Notes under the pieces: generated by a model
Seen by the model: only the letters and a program-made list of their open reading frames with translations
What the model was told of the DNA's origin: nothing
Databases searched by the model: none
Translations under genes and position numbers: made by a program
Shown here: piece by piece, positions 54,801 through 64,000 of the stretch
Layout of the letters: every line of letters starts with the position of its first letter
How positions within the stretch are numbered: the stretch's first letter is position 1
Source: Lingula anatina
Taxonomy: Eukaryota; Animalia; Brachiopoda
Assembly: GCA_051362555.1 (NCBI GenBank)
Contig: CM120641.1
Span: forward strand, 22,816,001-22,880,000
Direction: 5' to 3'
DNA: 64,000 nt

Positions 54801-56800
54801 CCCAATTTCAGCTTTAAAGATTGCCAGAAAGCACACCTGAGAACAGGATTTGGAGAGGGGGGGGTGGAGAGAGTTTTTGCTCTATTTCTTCCTTAATAAT
54901 GATACAACCACTCTTCCAGTACTTTATCCTCACTACAAATGACCAAACACACCTACCTGACACAATATTGAAGAAAAAAATTTTTCATCCCTACCTGGCC
55001 AAAATTGAAGAAAACTGCCATATCCAGACCTTACGAAAATCACTCAAAATCACCCAAAAATGACCCGTCAAAAATTTTTCCAAAAAGTGATGAAAATCAA
55101 TTTACCACACCTGACATTCATAAAAAATGTGGAAACGCGCCCGGGTCACTTCATTAAAGCCCCCAATTTCAGCTTTAAAGATTGCCAGAAAGCACACCTG
55201 AGAACAGGATTTGGAGAGGGGGGGGTGGAGAGAGTTTTTGCTCTATTTCTTCCTTAATAATGATACAACCACTCTTCCAGTACTTTATCCTCACTACAAA
55301 TGACCAAACACACCTACCTGACACAATATTGAAGAAAAAAATTTTTCATCCCTACCTGGCCAAAATTGAAGAAAACTGCCATATCCGGACCTTACGAAAA
55401 TCACTCAAAATCACCCAAAAATGACCCGTCAAAAATTTTTCCAAAAAGTGATGAAAATCAATTTACCACACCTGACATTCATAAAAAATGTGGAAACGTG
55501 CCCGGGTCACTTCATTAAAGCCCCCAATTTCAGCTTTAAAGATTGCCAGAAAGCACACCTGAGAACAGGATTTGGAGAGGGGGGGGGTTGGAGAGAGTTT
55601 TTGCTCTATTTCTTCCTTAATAATGATACAACCACTCTTCCAGTACTTTATCCTCACTACAAATGACCAAACACACCTACCTGACACAATATTGAAGAAA
55701 AAAATTTTTCATCCCTACCTGGCCAAAATTGAAGAAAACTGCCATATCCGGACCTTACGAAAATCACTCAAAATCACCCAAAAATGACCCGTCAAAAATT
55801 TTTCCAAAAAGTGATGAAAATCAATTTACCACACCTGACATTCATAAAAAATGTGGAAACGCGCCCGGGTCACTTCATTAAAGCCCCCAATTTCAGCTTT
55901 AAAGATTGCCAGAAAGCACACCTGAGAACAGGATTTGGAGAGGGGGGGGTGGAGAGAGTTTTTGCTCTATTTCTTCCTTAATAATGATACAACCACTCTT
56001 CCAGTACTTTATCCTCACTACAAATGACCAAACACACCTACCTGACACAATATTGAAGAAAAAAATTTTTCATCCCTACCTGGCCAAAATTGAAGAAAAC
56101 TGCCATATCCGGACCTTACGAAAATCACTCAAAATCACCCAAAAATGACCCGTCAAAAATTTTTCCAAAAAGTGATGAAAATCAATTTACCACACCTGAC
56201 ATTCATAAAAAATGTGGAAACGCGCCCGGGTCACTTCATTAAAGCCCCCAATTTCAGCTTTAAAGATTGCCAGAAAGCACACCTGAGAACAGGATTTGGA
56301 GAGGGGGGGGTGGAGAGAGTTTTTGCTCTATTTCTTCCTTAATAATGATACAACCACTCTTCCAGTACTTTATCCTCACTACAAATGACCAAACACACCT
56401 ACCTGACACAATATTGAAGAAAAAAATTTTTCATCCCTACCTGGCCAAAATTGAAGAAAACTGCCATATCCGGACCTTACGAAAATCACTCAAAATCATC
56501 CAAAAATGACCCGTCAAAAATTTTTCCAAAAAGTGATGAAAATCAATTTACCACACCTGACATTCATAAAAAATGTGGAAACGCGCCCGGGTCACTTCAT
56601 TAAAGCCCCCAATTTCAGCTTTAAAGATTGCCAGAAAGCACACCTGAGAACAGGATTTGGAGAGGGGGGGGTGGAGAGAGTTTTTGCTCTATTTCTTCCT
56701 TAATAATGATACAACCACTCTTCCAGTACTTTATCCTCACTACAAATGACCAAACACACCTACCTGACACAATATTGAAGAAAAAAATTTTTCATCCCTA

Positions 56801-57409
56801 GACTTGCCCTTCAAGAAATCGACGGAAAATAGCTCTTTTTCAAATTTGAATGGGCACTGTAGAAAACATATAACAGCTAAAGCTCTCAAATTAAGCACAT
56901 ATGTGTGATATCATGTGAATAATAAGTTCTGTAAATTTCAATCCAAGCAGTTGAGTACATTTTGAGACAGAACGCTTTAAATGTGCAGCAAACCGTAACG
57001 CTTATCCCTTCAAGATCTCGACGAAAACCGGAAGTGCGTCATGACGTCACTCGCTTCTACTTGGAAAGCTGCTGGGTTATTTTCCGATGAGAAATATTTC
57101 GTGGCTCATACAAATGTTCGGAAAATGACCATGCAGATAAAAGAAAATTCACTAATCAAAATTGAAACTGCGTAATTACATAGGAAAACATTGTGCATTC
57201 CTGACCTCGACTTGTCAGTGTAAACAAAGTGTACTGAACGCATCGCAAGCAAGCACGTGAATGCCGCGTTTGATACTTTGTATCAGACGCTTCGTTTTAC
57301 TTGACAACACAGTGTTTACGATGGGCATGACAGGAAAAACAGTGCAAAAAACACGCACTTCCGGTTTTCGTCGATTTCTTGAAGGCGTCGATTTCTTGAA
57401 GGGCGAGTC
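56801..57409. mobile_element. 609-bp MITE-like element, copy 3
   Basis: Same TIRs, TA duplication, monomer position and orientation as copy 1. No internal difference seen by eye. Confidence 0.93.
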
Positions 57410-60400
57410 TACCTGGCCAAAATTGAAGAAAACTGCCATATCCGGACCTTACGAAAATCACTCAAAATCACCCAAAAATGACCCGTCAAAAATTTTTCCA
57501 AAAAGTGATGAAAATCAATTTACCACACCTGACATTCATAAAAAATGTGGAAACGCGCCCAGGTCACTTCATTAAAGCCCCCAATTTCAGCTTTAAAGAT
57601 TGCCAGAAAGCACACCTGAGAACAGGATTTGGAGAGGGGGGGGGTGGAGAGAGTTTTTGCTCTATTTCTTCCTTAATAATGATACAACCACTCTTCCAGT
57701 ACTTTATCCTCACTACAAATGACCAAACACACCTACCTGACACAATATTGAAGAAAAAAATTTTTCATCCCTACCTGGCCAAAATTGAAGAAAACTGCCA
57801 TATCCGGACCTTACGAAAATCACTCAAAATCACCCAAAAATGACCCGTCAAAAAATTTTCCAAAAAGTGATGAAAATCAATTTACCACACCTGACATTCA
57901 TAAAAAATGTGGAAACGCGCCCGGGTCACTTCATTAAAGCCCCCAATTTCAGCTTTAAAGATTGCCAGAAAGCACACCTGAGAACAGGATTTGGAGAGGG
58001 GGGGGTGGAGAGAGTTTTTGCTCTATTTCTTCCTTAATAATGATACAACCACTCTTCCAGTACTTTATCCTCACTACAAATGACCAAACACACCTACCTG
58101 ACACAATATTGAAGAAAAAAATTTTTCATCCCTACCTGGCCAAAATTGAAGAAAACTGCCATATCCGGACCTTACGAAAATCACTCAAAATCACCCAAAA
58201 ATGACCCGTCAAAAATTTTTCCAAAAAGTGATGAAAATCAATTTACCACACCTGACATTCATAAAAAATGTGGAAACGCGCCCGGGTCACTTCATTAAAG
58301 CCCCCAATTTCAGCTTTAAAGATTGCCAGAAAGCACACCTGAGAACAGGATTTGGAGAGGGGGGGGTGGAGAGAGTTTTTGCTCTATTTCTTCCTTAATA
58401 ATGATACAACCACTCTTCCAGTACTTTATCCTCACTACAAATGACCAAACACACCTACCTGACACAATATTGAAGAAAAAAATTTTTCATCCCTACCTGG
58501 CCAAAATTGAAGAAAACTGCCATATCCGGACCTTACGAAAATCACTCAAAATCACCCAAAAATGACCCGTCAAAAATTTTTCCAAAAAGTGATGAAAATC
58601 AATTTACCACACCTGACATTCATAAAAAATGTGGAAACGCGCCCGGGTCACTTCATTAAAGCCCCCAATTTCAGCTTTAAAGATTGCCAGAAAGCACACC
58701 TGAGAACAGGATTTGGAGAGGGGGGGGTGGAGAGAGTTTTTGCTCTATTTCTTCCTTAATAATGATACAACCACTCTTCCAGTACTTTATCCTCACTACA
58801 AATGACCAAACACACCTACCTGACACAATATTGAAGAAAAAAATTTTCCATCCCTACCTGGCCAAAATTGAAGAAAACTGCCATATCCGGACCTTACGAA
58901 AATCACTCAAAATCACCCAAAAATGACCCGTCAAAAATTTTTCCAAAAAGTGATGAAAATCAATTTACCACACCTGACATTCATAAAAAATGTGGAAACG
59001 CGCCCGGGTCACTTCATTAAAGCCCCCAATTTCAGCTTTAAAGATTGCCAGAAAGCACACCTGAGAACAGGATTTGGAGAGGGGGGGGTGGAGAGAGTTT
59101 TTGCTCTATTTCTTCCTTAATAATGATACAACCACTCTTCCAGTACTTTATCCTCACTACAAATGACCAAACACACCTACCTGACACAATATTGAAGAAA
59201 AAAATTTTTCATCCCTACCTGGCCAAAATTGAAGAAAACTGCCATATCCGGACCTTACGAAAATCACTCAAAATCACCCAAAAATGACCCGTCAAAAATT
59301 TTTCCAAAAAGTGATGAAAATCAATTTACCACACCTGACATTCATAAAAAATGTGGAAACGCGCCCGGGTCACTTCATTAAAGCCCCCAATTTCAGCTTT
59401 AAAGATTGCCAGAAAGCACACCTGAGAACAGGATTTGGAGAGGGGGGGGTGGAGAGAGTTTTTGCTCTATTTCTTCCTTAATAATGATACAACCACTCTT
59501 CCAGTACTTTATCCTCACTACAAATGACCAAACACACCTACCTGACACAATATTGAAGAAAAAAATTTTTCATCCCTACCTGGCCAAAATTGAAGAAAAC
59601 TGCCATATCCGGACCTTACGAAAATCACTCAAAATCACCCAAAAATGACAAGTCAAAAATTTTTCCAAAAAGTGATGAAAATCAATTTACCACACCTGAC
59701 ATTCATAAAAAATGTGGAAACGCGCCCGGGTCACTTCATTAAAGCCCCTAATTTCAGCTTTAAAGATTGCCAGAAAGCACACCTGAGAACAGGATTTGGA
59801 GAGGGGGGGGTGGAGAGAGTTTTTGCTCTATTTCTTCCTTAATAATGATACAACCACTCTTCCAGTACTTTATCCTCACTACAAATGACCAAACACACCT
59901 ACCTGACACAATATTGAAGAAAAAAATTTTTCATCCCTACCTGGCCAAAATTGAAGAAAACTGCCATATCCGGACCTTACGAAAATCACTCAAAATCACC
60001 CAAAAATGACCCGTCAAAAATTTTTCCAAAAAGTGATGAAAATCAATTTACCACACCTGACATTCATAAAAAATGTGGAAACGCGCCCGGGTCACTTCAT
60101 TAAAGCCCCCAATTTCAGCTTTAAAGATTGCCAGAAAGCACACCTGAGAACAGGATTTGGAGAGGGGGGGGTGGAGAGAGTTTTTGCTCTATTTCTTCCT
60201 TAATAATGATACAACCACTCTTCCAGTACTTTATCCTCACTACAAATGACCAAACACACCTACCTGACACAATATTGAAGAAAAAAATTTTTCATCCCTA
60301 CCTGGCCAAAATTGAAGAAAACTGCCATATCCGGACCTTACGAAAATCACTCAAAATCATCCAAAAATGACCCGTCAAAAATTTTTCCAAAAAGTGATGA

Positions 60401-60661
60401 AAATCAATTTACCACACCTGACATTCATAAAAAATGTGGAAACGCGCCCGGGTCACTTCATTAAAGCCCCCAATTTCAGCTTTAAAGATTGCCAGAAAGC
60501 ACACCTGAGAACAGGATTTGGAGAGGGGGGGGTGGAGAGAGTTTTTGCTCTATTTCTTCCTTAATAATGATACAACCACTCTTCCAGTACTTTATCCTCA
60601 CTACAAATGACCAAACACACCTACCTGACACAATATTGAAGAAAAAAATTTTTCATCCCTA

Positions 60662-61270
60662 GACTTGCCCTTCAAGAAATCGACGGAAAATAGCTCTTTT
60701 TCAAATTTGAATGGGCACTGTAGAAAACATATAACAGCTAAAGCTCTCAAATTAAGCACATATGTGTGATATCATGTGAATAATAAGTTCTGTAAATTTC
60801 AATCCAAGCAGTTGAGTACATTTTGAGACAGAACGCTTTAAATGTGCAGCAAACCGTAATGCTTATCCCTTCAAGATCTCGACGAAAACCGGAAGTGCGT
60901 CATGACGTCACTCGCTTCTACTTGGAAAGCTGCTGGGTTATTTTCCGATGAGAAATATTTCGTGGCTCATACAAATGTTCGGAAAATGACCATGCAGATA
61001 AAAGAAAATTCACTAATCAAAATTGAAACTGCGTAATTACATAGGAAAACATTGTGCATTCCTGACCTCGACTTGTCAGTGTAAACAAAGTGTACTGAAC
61101 GCATCGCAAGCAAGCACGTGAATGCCGCGTTTGATACTTTGTATCAGACGCTTCGTTTTACTTGACAACACAGTGTTTACGATGGGCATGACAGGAAAAA
61201 CAGTGCAAAAAACACGCACTTCCGGTTTTCGTCGATTTCTTGAAGGCGTCGATTTCTTGAAGGGCGAGTC
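60662..61270. mobile_element. 609-bp MITE-like element, copy 4
   Basis: Same structure as the other copies. One visible substitution: CCGTAATG versus CCGTAACG, a C>T at 60860 in a CpG. Confidence 0.93.
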
Positions 61271-64000
61271 TACCTGGCCAAAATTGAAGAAAACTGCCAT
61301 ATCCGGACCTTACGAAAATCACTCAAAATCACCCAAAAATGACCCGTCAAAAATTTTTCCAAAAAGTGATGAAAATCAATTTACCACACCTGACATTCAT
61401 AAAAAATGTGGAAACGCGCCCAGGTCACTTCATTAAAGCCCCCAATTTCAGCTTTAAAGATTGCCAGAAAGCACACCTGAGAACAGGATTTGGAGAGGGG
61501 GGGGGGTGGAGAGAGTTTTTGCTCTATTTCTTCCTTAATAATGATACAACCACTCTTCCAGTACTTTATCCTCACTACAAATGACCAAACACACCTACCT
61601 GACACAATATTGAAGAAAAAAATTTTTCATCCCTACCTGGCCAAAATTGAAGAAAACTGCCATATCCGGACCTTACGAAAATCACTCAAAATCACCCAAA
61701 AATGACCCGTCAAAAAATTTTCCAAAAAGTGATGAAAATCAATTTACCACACCTGACATTCATAAAAAATGTGGAAACGCGCCCGGGTCACTTCATTAAA
61801 GCCCCCAATTTCAGCTTTAAAGATTGCCAGAAAGCACACCTGAGAACAGGATTTGGAGAGGGGGGGGTGGAGAGAGTTTTTGCTCTATTTCTTCCTTAAT
61901 AATGATACAACCACTCTTCCAGTACTTTATCCTCACTACAAATGACCAAACACACCTACCTGACACAATATTGAAGAAAAAAATTTTTCATCCCTACCTG
62001 GCCAAAATTGAAGAAAACTGCCATATCCGGACCTTACGAAAATCACTCAAAATCACCCAAAAATGACCCGTCAAAAATTTTTCCAAAAAGTGATGAAAAT
62101 CAATTTACCACACCTGACATTCATAAAAAATGTGGAAACGCGCCCGGGTCACTTCATTAAAGCCCCCAATTTCAGCTTTAAAGATTGCCAGAAAGCACAC
62201 CTGAGAACAGGATTTGGAGAGGGGGGGGTGGAGAGAGTTTTTGCTCTATTTCTTCCTTAATAATGATACAACCACTCTTCCAGTACTTTATCCTCACTAC
62301 AAATGACCAAACACACCTACCTGACACAATATTGAAGAAAAAAATTTTTCATCCCTACCTGGCCAAAATTGAAGAAAACTGCCATATCCGGACCTTACGA
62401 AAATCACTCAAAATCACCCAAAAATGACCCGTCAAAAATTTTTCCAAAAAGTGATGAAAATCAATTTACCACACCTGACATTCATAAAAAATGTGGAAAC
62501 GCGCCCAGGTCACTTCATTAAAGCCCCCAATTTCAGCTTTAAAGATTGCCAGAAAGCACACCTGAGAACAGGATTTGGAGAGGGGGGGGGTGGAGAGAGT
62601 TTTTGCTCTATTTCTTCCTTAATAATGATACAACCACTCTTCCAGTACTTTATCCTCACTACAAATGACCAAACACACCTACCTGACACAATATTGAAGA
62701 AAAAAATTTTTCATCCCTACCTGGCCAAAATTGAAGAAAACTGCCATATCCGGACCTTACGAAAATCACTCAAAATCACCCAAAAATGACCCGTCAAAAA
62801 TTTTTCCAAAAAGTGATGAAAATCAATTTACCACACCTGACATTCATAAAAAATGTGGAAACGCGCCCGGGTCACTTCATTAAAGCCCCCAATTTCAGCT
62901 TTAAAGATTGCCAGAAAGCACACCTGAGAACAGGATTTGGAGAGGGGGGGGGTGGAGAGAGTTTTTGCTCTATTTCTTCCTTAATAATGATACAACCACT
63001 CTTCCAGTACTTTATCCTCACTACAAATGACCAAACACACCTACCTGACACAATATTGAAGAAAAAAATTTTTCATCCCTACCTGGCCAAAATTGAAGAA
63101 AACTGCCATATCCGGACCTTACGAAAATCACTCAAAATCACCCAAAAATGACCCGTCAAAAATTTTTCCAAAAAGTGATGAAAATCAATTTACCACACAT
63201 GACATTCATAAAAAATGTGGAAACGCGCCCGGGTCACTTCATTAAAGCCCCCAATTTCAGCTTTAAAGATTGCCAGAAAGCACACCTGAGAACAGGATTT
63301 GGAGAGGGGGGGGGTGGAGAGAGTTTTTGCTCTATTTCTTCCTTAATAATGATACAACCACTCTTCCAGTACTTTATCCTCACTACAAATGACCAAACAC
63401 ACCTACCTGACACAATATTGAAGAAAAAAATTTTTCATCCCTACCTGGCCAAAATTGAAGAAAACTGCCATATCCGGACCTTACGAAAATCACTCAAAAT
63501 CACCCAAAAATGACCCGTCAAAAATTTTTCCAAAAAGTGATGAAAATCAATTTACCACACCTGACATTCATAAAAAATGTGGAAACGCGCCCGGGTCACT
63601 TCATTAAAGCCCCCAATTTCAGCTTTAAAGATTGCCAGAAAGCACACCTGAGAACAGGATTTGGAGAGGGGGGGGTGGAGAGAGTTTTTGCTCTATTTCT
63701 TCCTTAATAATGATACAACCACTCTTCCAGTACTTTATCCTCACTACAAATGACCAAACACACCTACCTGACACAATATTGAAGAAAAAAATTTTTCATC
63801 CCTACCTGGCCAAAATTGAAGAAAACTGCCATATCCGGACCTTACGAAAATCACTCAAAATCACCCAAAAATGACCCGTCAAAAATTTTTCCAAAAAGTG
63901 ATGAAAATCAATTTACCACACCTGACATTCATAAAAAATGTGGAAACGCGCCCGGGTCACTTCATTAAAGCCCCCAATTTCAGCTTTAAAGATTGCCAGA

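Larger units (their letters stand above)
1..64000 (+). repeat. Tandem satellite DNA array, ~361-bp monomer (mostly 360-367 bp), ~170 copies, interrupted only by four 611-bp insertions
   Basis: GTGGAAACGCGCCCGGGTCACTTC recurs at 1, 362, ... to the end of the window. ORF-track starts repeat every 360-367 bp. Monomers differ only by G-tract length and scattered substitutions or small indels. The copy number is estimated as (64000 - 4x611)/~361.5. Confidence 0.99.

Noticed and set aside
36429-61270. Four independent site-specific transposon insertions into the satellite
   Set aside because: Same orientation, near-identical sequence and the shared CCCAGG variant at +760 in all four copies are more simply explained by duplication of a single insertion.
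54-63874. Hundreds of 60-139 aa ORFs (MPESTPENRIW..., MTRQKFFQKV..., MSGRCVWSF...)
   Set aside because: They are translations of the satellite monomer. Frames fuse or break with G-tract length, stops and frameshifts occur freely, and no domain is recognisable.
1-64000. CRISPR array or integron-like cassette array
   Set aside because: There are no unique spacers or cassettes between repeats, the unit is 361 bp and contiguous, and there are no cas or integrase genes.

Overview
The window is almost entirely one head-to-tail satellite array: about 170 copies of a ~361-bp AT-rich monomer, nearly identical and all in one orientation, running off both ends. It looks like eukaryotic (peri)centromeric or heterochromatic DNA; that setting is inferred. 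No credible protein-coding or RNA gene is present, and the ORF track is a translation of the repeat. The only non-satellite sequence is four near-identical copies of a 609-bp non-autonomous DNA transposon (MITE-like) at 36429, 39211, 56801 and 60662. It has 24-bp terminal inverted repeats (TIRs), a TA target-site duplication, an internal second pair of inverted repeats, and ETS/CRE/forkhead/E-box-like motifs. All four copies sit at the same base of the monomer, in the same orientation, and share a linked flanking SNP. This points to one insertion later amplified by array recombination. Diagnostic monomer variants reveal local higher-order duplications (11-mer, 8-mer, 2-mer, 10/12-mer) in the left half, a more homogeneous zone at ~43-56 kb, a variable poly-G tract, and an apparent excess of CpG transitions.
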